A DNA stretch of 64,000 bases from Eledone cirrhosa (Eukaryota): NCBI GenBank assembly GCA_964016885.1, contig OZ024743.1, forward strand, positions 162,750,001 to 162,814,000. The letters are read 5' to 3'. Position numbers and translations under genes: made by a program. The notes under the pieces are model-generated. The model was not told the origin of the DNA. It did not search any database and was given only the letters and a program-made list of their open reading frames with translations. Of the stretch, positions 50,391 to 62,749 are shown one piece after another. How positions within the stretch are numbered: position 1 is the first letter of the stretch; each line of letters opens with the position of its first letter.

Positions 50391-52220
50391 ACATGTCAAT
50401 GAGTTAAGTAGTACCATACCATCTGCAAATTTCATCTGACTGATCCTACACCAACCAGTCTTGATACCACTTCCAACCTGGTTGTTGCATGTCAGTCCTG
50501 TTCATGAAGATTATGAACAGGAGATGTGACAGTATAAACCCTTGGCAGAGTCTGACACATGTTTAATGGTTTTGACTAAGAGCCATTTATCCTAACACAA
50601 ATACTAGAGTGTTTATCAAGGCAACAAGAAGCTGTCGATTGATTCCATACTCCTACAGAATTTCCACAAGTATGTTTTTTGAGGTCTATGAAACAAGCAT
50701 ACACCTCTTGGCCAAACTCCCACGATTTCTCAAAGACATGCCACTGAATATTGGGTTGGCTCTGCTGTGTCCAAGGCGAAAATTACGCTGTTCATCAGCT
50801 AGCTTGGATTCGACTATATCCGTACATCTCTTTGCCAAACACTTAGCATAGACTTTACTGGAGATTTCTCTATAACTTGAGCTCTTTAATTGCTCTGGTG
50901 ACCTCAGCCTCCAACAGGTTAGTCTTCATCTCTAGATGCACTTCGTGTACATTTGAAGATTTGTTGTAACTGGATTTAGGAGATCAGCAAAGTATTCTCT
51001 GCACCTCGTGAGAATGCACTTCTCTTCGGAGAGAAGAACTCTAAACAAGTTCCTGACAGCAAGATTACAAAGTCAGCAGATGGTCTGCCAGAATTTGCTG
51101 ATTTAAAGTAGGATTCCAGCTTAACCCTAAAGTCCTCCCATGTCTTAACTTTGGGCACCTTTAATCTTTCTGCTACAACATTTTATGCCTGCTTGTACTG
51201 TGACTAAAAGGAGGAAGACTTATTCCTAAACCAAGATCTGTTAACCTCTCTCTTTGCTGGGATGGCATCTTTAACCTCCTGATTAAATCAAGAAGATACT
51301 CCTGCCACCTGGAACCACACCAAGTCGCTTTCATCTGCAGCATTTGACAAGCAGAAATTGCTGAGCTTGAACAGTCTTCATTCTGTTTCAACATCATCAG
51401 TTTGTTCTGGGAGTTTTCTGAATTTGGATGCAATAGTATCCTTATACTTAGTCCTGACCTTTTCATTAGCCAGCACTTCCACTTTATCCTGCAGGTTGAC
51501 CTGGACCTGTCAGTTTTGTTGGTTTTCTGACATGCACTTGATAGGTTTGCTGCCAAGAACTGTACAGCAACAATGAAAATCATGTTGTGAAGACTGAGAC
51601 ACTCATCCTCTCAAGGAAACCTGTGCATTGCACTCCACATTTGAGTGGAGTTACACTGAAGCAGGTGGAGAAGTTTAAAAATCTTGGATCATTTTCATAA
51701 GTGATAGAAAGCAGGAGGCTGAATTAAGTGCAAAAATTGTAGGTGCCGGTGCATTACAGCACCAACTTCAGCACTCGGTCATCAAAATAAGGGAGGTAGG
51801 TGTAAAAGCCAAACTCAATTCAGTGTTCATAAATGTTAAGTAATAACCAAAAGAATATGATCACGAATACAATTAACTGAAATGGGGTTCTTCCAAAGGG
51901 TCTTTGCAATAATGTTACGTGATGGCATGCATAGCTTGGAGATCAGCTTCTCTGAATTGAGAGATCACAGTTCCGATACTATGGGCATGTAATCAGAATG
52001 TCTCGGCAGAATCGCTGGACAGATTTTACTGACAAAACCAACAAACAGGAGACCCAAAGGTAGTCAGCAAGCAAGATGGTTGGATAACATCGATGAGCTT
52101 GGTTGTTCTCACTTGGGGATCCAGCCAGATCAATTGGAGATGGCTGCTTCTGATAGAATCCTCTGGAAGGCATATCTGAGAACTCTGTTACCACAACCAT
52201 CCCAGGAAGTGAAGAAGAAG
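50391..52220. mobile_element. RTE-clade LINE with inverted 5' part (minus 50391-~51565; plus ~51572-52220)
   Basis: The minus segment runs from the linker to KFADGMVLLNS; the plus segment resumes at MKI..KTETLIL about 50 nt further along the family sequence. Confidence 0.7.
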
Positions 52221-53571
52221 GTGGCAGTGGTGACAACGACAATGGAGAAGAGTTACTACTCAATAAATTTCTAAAGCTTCCCCAAAGTTAATCCTTCTGT
52301 CACCCTATTACAAGACTAGACTACATCATAGTCTGCAATTTGGAGAAGGTAAGTTAAAACATTTTTATGTGTATTTATTGGACATTTAATCAATGTTTGC
52401 AACACTTCTTGAAAGTTTATGCTAATAAGAACAAGTTAACTTTATTAAGCCTATTTCTGTTTAAACTATTCTACTCACAGCATGAATTGAACTTAGCACA
52501 ACAAACTAACAAAATACTTGTTAATTTTACAGTGCTACTTTGTTTAGAGTGACTAGTTGTTTCTATACTACCGGTAACAGGATTTAAACAAACAGCCATT
52601 GTTAAGTTGCCTATCAACTTGGTTATTAACACCCTCACATGTTTGGATCCTTCTCATTCATGCAACTAATAATCAAATTTCAATTAAGATTATAATTTCA
52701 ATATGGACACTTTAATGGGTGCATGGGACACTTTCAAATGGGTGTCTCATAAGTCAGTTTCATGTAGGTTTGTTACATGAGATTAAGGGAATAGTTTCAA
52801 ATTGACTACCTCGTGTGGGTTGGTAACATGAGATTAAAGTGTCAGTTTCATGTGGGCTGCTTGCAAAAGGCCAAGGAAGCCAATCTCATGAGTTGCTTAT
52901 GTGAGGCTAAGTGTCCAGTCTTATGTGAATTGATTAAGTTAAACGAAAGGTTAGTTTCATGTTGATCTGTTGCATAAAGCTATAGGACCAATTTCATGGG
53001 ACCAAGGAAACAGTAGGTAGGAACTGAAAGGGTTAATCTATGCAACTTTAATCTCCTATCTATCAAACAACATTTCTGTCAATTATTAATATACACCCTT
53101 GATCTTGTCTGCTCTTTATCACCAACATTTCATTTTAACTTTTAATCAGAAGATGGTGGAAAGTGCCTCAATGCTGCTAGTGTAGGATCTCTTAGACTGA
53201 TGAAGTCAGTATAGTTGATTTTTTTCAGATTTATGCTTTTAGGGAAAACATGAATGGGGAGTGAGTTTCTGGGGTTTGGTTCTGTGGGGAAAGACTTGGA
53301 TGAAATGTTTAGTGTAGAGTGTGGTGGAGATAAGATACAGTAACAATTATAAGAGAGGTAGGTATGGGTGAATCACATGAACTTGGGTGTGGTTGGTTTA
53401 CAGCTTGTTAGTTCAGAGGAGCAGTAACCATTGTATTGTATCAGTAGGTGAAACAGGAGGGAGCATGCAGTTCCTCAGTGTGCTAGTGGTTGTAGTTTGT
53501 TGGTGAGTGAAATATAGAAAATATTCTGTAACTCATGGAAAATATTTTTATAATTGGTAAATCTATTTCAG

Positions 53572-53629
53572 GGATATTAGCAAACTGAAAGAAGAAAATC
53601 TTTATTTGAAGCGGTTAATCACAGAAAAG
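53572..53629 (+). CDS. RNF212: RNF212-like coding exon 6 (coiled coil)
   Basis: tttcag/gtaact; (K)DISKLKEENLYLKRLITEK. Confidence 0.8.
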
Positions 53630-54389
53630 GTAACTGTTACCATTATCTATATTGATAATGAGGTGGGGGAAAAGGAACGAGGGTTAAATAATGAAAAATG
53701 AACATTTTGATATATTGCAAAATATCTTCTGATACTATCTTTTTTCTTCTTTCTTTTTGTTGTTCTGACTACACTGAAGTTGCATCATACCCAAATGTGT
53801 TAAAATCATAATCCTTTAGTGGTTAGACCATAAAATTATTTTAGAGCAATGTCAAATATATATATTTTGATATAGACTTAATCTCTATATTCTTTGGTTT
53901 TGGGCCAGGTTATCATTGCACTTTATTACAGAGGGCACTAGACGGCACTTCCCTCCTACTTTTCAATGATGCACCCTCAGATTTAAAAAATATAGTTTAT
54001 AATAAATGTTCTGAAGTCTCTTGAAGACCAAAGCCTGACAATAAGCCTGCTCTGTTGCTAGCATTTAAATCTCATGCTTTTTCTACAGATATTGGCCTGT
54101 AGATGTCTAGGCTGTTTATTGGTTGTATCAATCTTAACAGTATGGGAGTGTTTGCAAATATGTGCAAAAAAAACTATACTTGTTTTAAATGTTTAATTTG
54201 TATGCCATATAGTGTTATATAATATTTATTTATAACATATTTAGGTAAAATTTTATATTTCAGCATATCAATATACTACTATAGTATTCTGATAAAAACT
54301 AAAAAGAGGGCGACATTTATTTTATTATCTGTTTCTTATGCCCTTATTTTTATTATAAAATCGTCTGAGATATCGTTCTATATTTTCAG

Positions 54390-54409
54390 GGTTTAAATGC
54401 TGGGAGCAG
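54390..54409 (+). CDS. RNF212: RNF212-like 20-nt microexon
   Basis: ttttcag/gtaaga; GLNAGS(R); bridges phase 0 to phase 2. Confidence 0.6.
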
Positions 54410-54744
54410 GTAAGATGATGCTTTTGAAATTACTGTCAATAAAAAGTTGGATTTTATCTATCTATACACCTTTATGTTTGAGTTCACTTTATTGATACTA
54501 TCATCTTCAGTGCTATATTTTTAAACACACATACACACACTAGCTAAGTCACTTACCTATGGACTTTACTCTCTCAATTTCTTGTAAGATTGTTCCATTG
54601 ATAGAACAAAAACTTTTGGAAGCTACTGTTGGAACCATCTCAACAGAAGGAATACAAGCTTTCATCTTCAAATTATCTGAAACCATTGATTTGAAAAGAG
54701 AACCTCTGACGCATTCCTAATAGCAGGTGTGGAGGAGGACTTCT

Positions 54745-55480
54745 TATTACGGACTCCGCCAAGGATGTGTACTGTCACCTCTCTTGTTCGTTATTTTCGT
54801 AAACAAGATTGCAATGTGCAGCTGGATTGGAAGTGGTATCATGACTGGCAGGTGTAAGATCAGTCAGCTGGAATTTGCAGATGACATAGTGTTACTTTAC
54901 TCATCAGAATGTGATTTCCAACATGCACTTGAGAGGTTTGATGCCAAATACTGCATGGCTGGAATGAAAATCATTGCTGTGACGTCTGAAACACTCATCC
55001 TCTCAAGGAAGCTTGCGCAGTGCACTCTACATGTGAATAGAGTTCCAGTGAAGCACGTGGAGAAGTTCAAGTATCTGGAGGCCATGTTCACGTATGATGG
55101 AAGGCAGGAGGCTGAATTAAGGGCAAGCTGGTACAGTAATGTGCCAGCTTCAGCATTTGGTAATCAGAAGGGAGGTACGTGTAAAAGCCAAATTCGCTAT
55201 CTTAATCCAGTATTCATGCCAAGCCGTACCTATGGCTATGAATCTTGGGTAATGACCGAAAGAATATGATCACAAATACAAGTGGCCAAAATGGGGTTCC
55301 TCTGAGGAAACTCAGGAACAGACCTCGAGCAAGATGGTTGGATAACATCCATCATCTTGGCTGGTTTTGCTTAGGGATCTAGCCGGATCAGTTGGAGATG
55401 GTTGCTTCTGACATGACTTGCTGGAAGGAGTGTCTGAGGACTCTGCTCTCATGAGCTCAGGAATAAGTGGGCAAACAAGA
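54745..55480 (+). mobile_element. RTE-clade LINE 3' fragment
   Basis: GLRQGCVLSPLLF, LEFADDIVLL and KFKYL motifs. Confidence 0.85.
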
Positions 55481-55552
55481 TACATATATATATGGGTTTA
55501 TAGAAATGTAAGGAGCTCAAATGCAGAAATAATTGTAAAGCAGATGGTTGCT

Positions 55553-56268
55553 ACCATCATCACTATTTAACATCCATTTTTCCATGGTAGCATGGGTTAG
55601 ATGAGTTGTCCTGTTGTGAGACAAGTCAGGTCAGGTGACCATGTCTTGCTTATACAGAACTACTTCTGACTTAGTTTCTATGGCTGAATGCCCTTCCTAA
55701 AGCCAATCATATTTACAGTGTGTACTGGGTGATTGTTATCGCAGTACCGAAATTACCACTTTACAGTGGGCTGGGTGCTTTTTGTTGTGGCACCAAAACG
55801 ACCACATTACAGTTTTGGCTGGATTAAGTATGTTGGGGGAGTTGTATGGTAGGGGTGGATAGTGGAAAATGGTGTATATTAGATGTATGCTTCAACACCT
55901 GCATATGGGAAGCTGGGTCTTCTGTATTACTGTATAATGCCAAAGATCTTGATCCTGTCTCATTGTCTTTGAGCGGTGCAATTGTACAAGGTCAGCTTTT
56001 ATCACCTCATCCCAAGTCTTTCTACTCCATAACTTCCATCAAATTTGAGTGCCCTGCACTTTTTTATACAAATGTCATCATTCATACGCATCATATGGCC
56101 ATCCCAATGCAATCTCCTCTCCAGCATACTGCATCTGATCCCTCTTATGCCCAGTTTCTCTCTCAGTTCATTTATGTATATTACTATGTATATTACTATT
56201 ACACATTTATGTATATTACTATTACACATCCATCGGAGCATGTAGGCTTCATTTCTTTCCAATCTATA
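55553..56268 (-). mobile_element. RTE LINE 3' fragment
   Basis: RLERNEAYMLRWMC, LGIRGIRCSMLERRLHWDGH and the 3' UTR. Confidence 0.8.
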
Positions 56269-56505
56269 AATAATTATATTAGGAGTTCTCCCTCTTGTTC
56301 TCCCATGGTCGCTCGCTACTATTTCTATAAGGCTTTGAGTTCGTTGGGGGCCATTGACCACTTTTCTCCGTCTCCAGGGTATTTTACCCAATTTTCGATG
56401 CTATAATAATTTACAGCAGGTGGCTGTTCTACAGTTATTTCTGCATTTGAGCTCACATTTCTATAAACCTATATATATATAAGAAATTATAAATTTGAGA
56501 GGAAG

Positions 56506-57550
56506 ATCATCATCATCATCATTGTTTAACATCCATTTTTCCATGTTGGCATGGGTTAGACGAGTTATCCTGTTGTGAGTAATGCCAGGTAAGGTGACCA
56601 TGTCTTGCTCATACAGAACTGATTTTGGCTTGGTTTCTACAGCTGGATCCCCTCCTTGCGGCAACCTCATTTATAGTGAGTACTGGGTAATTTTTGTCAT
56701 ACCGCCTACATGACCACTTTACAGTGTAGGCTGGGTGCTTCTTGTTGTGAGACCTACATGGCCACTTTACAGTGTGGGCTGGGCGCTTTTTGCTGTGTTG
56801 CCATCACAACCACCTTACAGTGTGGGTTGGAGGCTTCACTGGATGTATATTTCAGCTTGTCCTCATGGGAATGAGTGGGGTGGGGTGTTGCATACTATAT
56901 ATATGCTTCAGCTTCGGCCTGTGCCCTTGGAAAGTGTAACGCCAGAGATCTTGGTCCTGTGTCATCACCTTTGACAGGTGCAATTGGGCAAGGTCAGCTT
57001 TTATCACCTTGTCCCAAGTCTTCCTGTGTCTCCTCACTCCACGGCTCCCATCGACTTTGAGCACTCTGCACCTTTTTATACAGCTGCCATCCTTCATATG
57101 GATCACATGTCCATACCAATGCAATCTCCTCTCCCGCACACTGCATCTGATTCCACTTATGCCTAGTTTCTTCCTCAATTCGTTTATGCTTTGCCGTTCA
57201 CGTATATTACTATTACACATCAATCAGAACATGCAAGCTTCATTTTTTTCCAATCTACACCAGTCTTCTGCACACAGCGCCCGGGTCTCACTACCATGTA
57301 ATATTGCTGTTCATATGCATGCAGCATACAGTCTGCTTTTCATTTTGAGAGAAAAGCCTTTTGTAGCTAGCAGTGGTAGTAGCTCCCTGAACTTCTTCCA
57401 TCCAGCTACTGTACTTTCAGAACATCCACCTCTGCTGCTAATTTGGTCTCCTAGGTAACAGAAGCTGTCTACTGTTTCTACCAATCCTTCCCAGAATTTG
57501 ATAGCATTTGTTTCCTGTGGTTTTTTGCTTCTTACTCTCCCGGTGCACAG
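56506..57550 (-). mobile_element. RTE LINE 3' fragment
   Basis: FCYLGDQI through RRLHWYGHV, 3' UTR and (GAT)n tail. Confidence 0.85.
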
Positions 57551-57681
57551 AGCAAATAATCTTTATGGATATATCTATATATATATATATATATATCCAT
57601 ATGTGGTTGACGGCTGAGAGAAAGGAGTACTCAATACCGAAGTAACATTTTGATATTAATATTAAGGCTAAAAGGTGAATA

Positions 57682-57727
57682 TTGTTACTCTGGATTTTCA
57701 CCTGTTTATCACAGGGTCATCAGACAA
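57682..57727 (-). ncRNA. Type I hammerhead ribozyme motif with intact core in a ~165-bp insert within (TA)n
   Basis: Minus strand: ttgt-CTGATGA-ccctgtgataaacaggt-GAAA-atccagag-TA-acaa; stem I ttgt/acaa, stem II cctgt/acagg, GUA cleavage triplet, one stem III mismatch. Confidence 0.72.
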
Positions 57728-58157
57728 GAACTGTTTTTTTTACCCTTAATAATAATGTGTTATATATATATATATAAACAAGCAAATTATAAACGTAAAC
57801 ATGTAAGTATGTTTTTGAAACGGTGCGCGAGTTTGAAATTAGAAATTATAAGCTTTCACCGTATTTTAGACTAAAGAAATTTCTAGCCTGATAGTGGGGT
57901 TTATAACCCTCGGAGAAATGGAAAAAGATGAGTGTTGCCATACATGCCGTATATATATATAATGTGTGTGTGTGTTTTCTATGCTGGCATGAATCTGAGA
58001 CTAGACAGATCAGAGAATCATGTCTTGCTCATATGGTCCTTATATATTCATTCCACAATTGTACATTTTAATAGTCATTGAATTTTGTAAGAGCAAGTTC
58101 CATTAGTTTTTATCTTTTATCTTCTCATGAAAAACTTGGTTATTCTATTTTTTCTAG

Positions 58158-58195
58158 GAACTCAACACCAAATAGACCAACATATTTTTCTAATG
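58158..58195 (+). CDS. RNF212: RNF212-like coding exon 8; no later exon found in the window
   Basis: tttctag/gtaaat; (R)NSTPNRPTYFSN(G), an S/T/P-rich tail. Confidence 0.6.
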
Positions 58196-58224
58196 GTAAA
58201 TAATATCTGAATTCATTTTTTGTT

Positions 58225-58296
<72 letters not shown>
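58225..58296. repeat. (CT)n microsatellite
   Basis: Near-perfect TC dinucleotide run. Confidence 0.95.
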
Positions 58297-58301
<5 letters not shown>

Positions 58302-58475
58302 AGGACACTATGTATCAAAATTATTACTAACTTAACTAACCCGTCATGAGAATATGTGTGTGTGTATATATATATATATATATGTTGTTGTGAGCATGGT
58401 GTTTGGTTATATTGTCAATGTTTGATTGTATACTTTGTTTCAATAACATATTTTTGCCTGAAGTATTATATATTA

Positions 58476-58728
58476 CTAGCTAACGTACCCTGCTTCACCC
58501 AGGTAAACAGATGATAAGAGAAGACAAGTAGAAGAGAAAATGACTCTTGGATGTTTGTCTGGTTTACAATATGAGACGAGATTGTAGTGTGTACGGTCAT
58601 AGCAAAACTGGCTCTAACAGGGAACTGATGTCTTGATAATTTGAATGGCAGCTCGGTAGAGGAAGGTATATATATGTGACGTCATCGTGTTATGAAATAT
58701 CCATTTACTTATAGTTGTCTATAATAGA
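58476..58728 (-). mobile_element. Short non-autonomous Helitron
   Basis: Minus strand A|TCTATTAT...CTAG|T, with a short subterminal hairpin (accctg-cttcac-ccaggt). Confidence 0.65.
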
Positions 58729-58882
58729 TCATTTTAGATAGTGTTATATTACTTTACTCCAAATGAAAATAAAAATTATATGTTGTCCTTGTTAAATTTG
58801 ATTTGATTTGGTCAAATCAATTGAGAATGCAAAAGGAAAAGATACACAGACGGAGACAAAGAATTTTCTATATATATATATA

Positions 58883-58937
58883 GTCTAACCCATGCTAGCA
58901 TGGAAGATGGACGTTAAATGATGATGATGATGATGAT

Positions 58938-58981
<44 letters not shown>

Positions 58982-59140
58982 CTGTCTCTATATATGTCTC
59001 TCTCTCACTATATATATATATGTGTCTGTATATGCACGTGTGTGTGTATATATATATGCACGTGTGTGTGTATATATATGCACGCGTGTGTATATATGTG
59101 TATGTATGTATATATATGTATGTATGTATATATATGTATT
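58883..59140. repeat. RTE tail followed by compound (GAT)/(TA)/(TG) microsatellite
   Basis: gtctaacccatgctagcatggaagatggacgttaaa(TGA)n then TA/TG repeats. Confidence 0.85.
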
Positions 59141-59239
59141 CAGCGGCTTATACGTTTCTCTTACCAATCTCTTTCACAAAACCACCGCCTCAGCTATCAC
59201 TCCTTAAGTTTAGACCTGGTTGCCTTTGATATGCTAAAT

Positions 59240-62200
59240 GGACTATAGAATTCTGGAGAGTATGAAGAATCTGGACACTCAAATGACAATGTCAACGATA
59301 AAGATAAATTCACCTCATGTTGCCGGACGAAAAAGCAAGGATTCCTCTTTATTTCAAATGCGGATGGCTAACATAGCCCCATCTCCCTCACCCCTCCCTG
59401 CACCTCCAACCCATCCCTTCCACCCACAAAACGAAATCCAAAACTTCAGAGTTGGTACCATGAATGTAGGCACTTTAAAAGGGTGCTCTAACAAGGTTGT
59501 AGAGATGCTTGAACGTAAAGAAGTTGATGCTTGTTGCGTCCAAGATACTAGGTGGAGGGGTGGGTCTGCTAGATTCATTGTGGGTAGAAAAACGATGCTA
59601 TAAACATTTCTGGCTGGGAAATGACAATGAGCTGGGTGGAGTAGGAATCATGTTAGCAGAAAAATAGAGTGAATGACAGAATAATTAAAATAAGACTACT
59701 GTGACAATAATATGCGCTTATGCACCGCAATCTGGACTACCTGGCATTATAAAAGACCGATTCTATGAGTCGCTAATGCTCACTACCTCCCAAATAACCG
59801 ACAGTGACTAAATTATTATTGCTGGGGACCTAAATGGTCATGTTGGACAACATTGTGACGGCTATGACAGAATCCATGGAGGCTATGGGTTTGGTACCAG
59901 AAATGGGGAAGGCTTCAGAATCCTGGAATTCTGTTACGCTAATAACCTAACTATCTGTAACACAAACTTCAAAAAACGAGACAATCACTTCATCACCTAC
60001 AGATCAAGGGAACACGCCAGTCAGATAGATTATATCCTTACCAGAAGACGTGACAAAGTGTCTGTTGTAAACACTAAATCCCTCCCCCGCGAAGAACGCA
60101 CCTCCCAACATAGCCTGGTAGTTAGTGACCTCATAGTCAGGACGAGACGTACTCAACAACAAAGGAGGACTACCCTGAGGAGAAAAATATGGAAGTTAAA
60201 GGACCCCACAGCCAGTAACAAATTTAAAAGCAAATTACTTGATGCTTTTGACAGTAAGGAAGAGCAATTAGAGACGTACAATATAGAGGAACAGTGGGAA
60301 TTCCTGAAAGGCCACAGATGAAATCTGGCTGGAGCAGACCTATAGGCAGGAGGAGAGTAACATGGTGGTGGAACAGTAAGGTGGAGGAGTCAATCGAGAC
60401 CAAAAAGGAAGCTTGGAAAGTAGAGAACACTATCAAGTGGCCAGGAGGGAAGCTAGGAGACAAATGTACTTCACAAGAAGCGAAGCAGAGGAAAGAAAGT
60501 TCAAGCAGGTTCTACAACGCAAGGACCAAAAACATGAGGCGTTCAGGATTGCTAGGCAATGTGTCAAGGAAAACCGTGATATTGTCGGGGAGAGGTGTGT
60601 CCGTAATGATGATGGTATCACTGATACTGATAAGAAGATAGCTTGGAAGTGTCACTACGAGAGGCTACTAAATGAGGAGAATAAATGGGACAAAGATAGT
60701 CTGCCTCACTTTGATCCAATAGAGGGACCAGCAGTGCAAGTTAAAGATAGTATAATAAGTAAGGCAATCAAAGATATGAAGACAGGCAAGGCAGCTGGGC
60801 CTTCGGAGATAGTTGCTGAGATTCTGAAAGCATCGGGATCGGTGGGACACACTATAGTCACCCGGATAGTAAACCAAGTCATACAGAATGGGGTCATACC
60901 AAATGACTGGCGTAGCAGCATCATCATTAACTGCTACAAGGGTAAAGGAGATGCCCTAGATAGGGGAAACTATAGAGGCATTAAATTAATTGACCAGGTC
61001 ATGAAGGTCACAGAAAAAGTAATAGTGCAACTAATCAGAAAGCAAATTGATCTAGATGAAATGCAGTTTGGGTTTGTGTCAGGTAAAAGTACCACAGACG
61101 CTCTTTTCCTTGTATGAAAACTACAGGAGAAGGACCTAGCTAAAAGTAAACCCCTATACTTAGCTTTTGTTGACTTGGAGAAAGCCTTTGACAGAGTCCC
61201 CCGCTCCATTATCTAGTGAGCTCTTGGTGTAGATGAATGACTTGTGAGAGCTATACAAGCCATGTATAAAGAAACAGCCAGTAAGGTTAGAATTAACAAT
61301 GAATATAGTGAAGAATTTAGTGTAAAAGTTGGTGTTCATCAAGGCTCTGTCCTTAGCCCCCTCCTATTTATTATTGCCCTTCAGGCTATAACAGAGGAGT
61401 TCAAGACCGGCTGCCCATGGGATCTTCTATATGCAGATGATCTAATGCTCATAGCTGAATGTATGGCTGAACTAGAGAAGAAATTCCAAACATGGCCTAG
61501 AATCAAGAGGCCTTAAAATTAACTAAAGTTCTAGTATGTAGAAAGGAAAATAGGGCACAGGTCCCCTCTGGGAAATGGCCATGTTCAGTGTGTAGGAAAG
61601 GAGTAGGCAGAAATTCCATTTTATGTCCCAAATGCAAAGTATGGGTGCATAAAAGATGTAGTGGGATCACAGGTAAGCTATTTAAGAACATAGATTTTAT
61701 ATGTGGCCGGTGCTCAGCTGTAATAAGTAGCAAGTGCCCACAGGATACTAGCTCCTTCTATTGCCCAGATGGTTCTATAGGAATAGTGGACACTTTCCGT
61801 TACCTGGGTGACAAAATCAGCAGTGGTGGAGGGTGCTCTGAAAGTACAGTAGCCAGAGTCAGAACGGGATGGAAAAAGTTCAGAGAGCTTATACCGCTTT
61901 TGGCCACAAAAGGTTTCTCTCTAAAAATGAAAGGCAGATTGTATGATGCCTGTATACGAACAGCAATGCTACATGGCAGTGAGAGATGGGCATTGTGTGC
62001 AGAGGACCTGCACAGACTGGAAAGGAATGAAGCATGCATGGTCCGTTGGATGTGTAATAATAATATACGCGAACAGCTAAACATAAATGAACTAAGCGAG
62101 AAATTAGGAATAAGAGGGATCAGATGCTATTTACTTGAGAGAAGACTATGTTGGTATGGTCACGTGATGCGCATGAAAGACAACAGTTGTATAAAAAAGT

Positions 62201-62745
62201 GCAGGGCGATCAAAATTGATGGATGTTACGGAATAGGTAGACCCAGAAAAACCTGGGACGATTTGATAAATTCCGACCTTACACACTTGCACCTCTATAA
62301 GACGATGTCACTGGATCGAGATCTTTGGCGCTACGCAGTAATACAGAAGACCCGCCTTGCCTATGTACAAAGCGAAACCTAGAGTCAGTAGGCACCTCTT
62401 AATCAAATATACACCCCAACCCACTACCCCTACTCCACCCTCCCACCAACCCCACCCCACCCCACCCTCCCACTCCCACAACCCTACCCCTTATCTGTAA
62501 AGTTGGTATCACAACAGCCAGTCCAAAATAAATGAGGTCGTGTAGGTGTCACAACAAAAACACAGTCCACGCTGTAATGTGGCCGTGTAGGTGGTTGATG
62601 TTAGGAAGGGCATGCAGCCGTAGAAAATTTGCTAGATAGTCCTATACGAGTGAGACACGGTCACCCAACCAACCTTGCCTCAAATTGGGACAACTCCCGT
62701 CTAACCCATGCTTGCGTGGAAGAACAGACGTTAAATGATGATGTT
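59240..62745 (+). mobile_element. Near full-length but disabled RTE LINE
   Basis: FRVGTMNVGTL endonuclease start through RT, PHD and thumb to the 3' UTR; multiple stops and frameshifts. Confidence 0.95.
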
Positions 62746-62749
62746 ATAT

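Noticed and set aside
52630-53037. Possible piggyBac-like MITE with degenerate internal repeats
   Set aside because: The right end GGG|TTAA is clear but the left TIR is not convincing
57777-57950. TA-bounded insert with ctgatag, a hairpin and gaaa
   Set aside because: The core deviates from CUGANGA and no stem I can be formed
58918-59248. ORFs rich in Y/I/C/V/M
   Set aside because: Translations of TA/TG microsatellites
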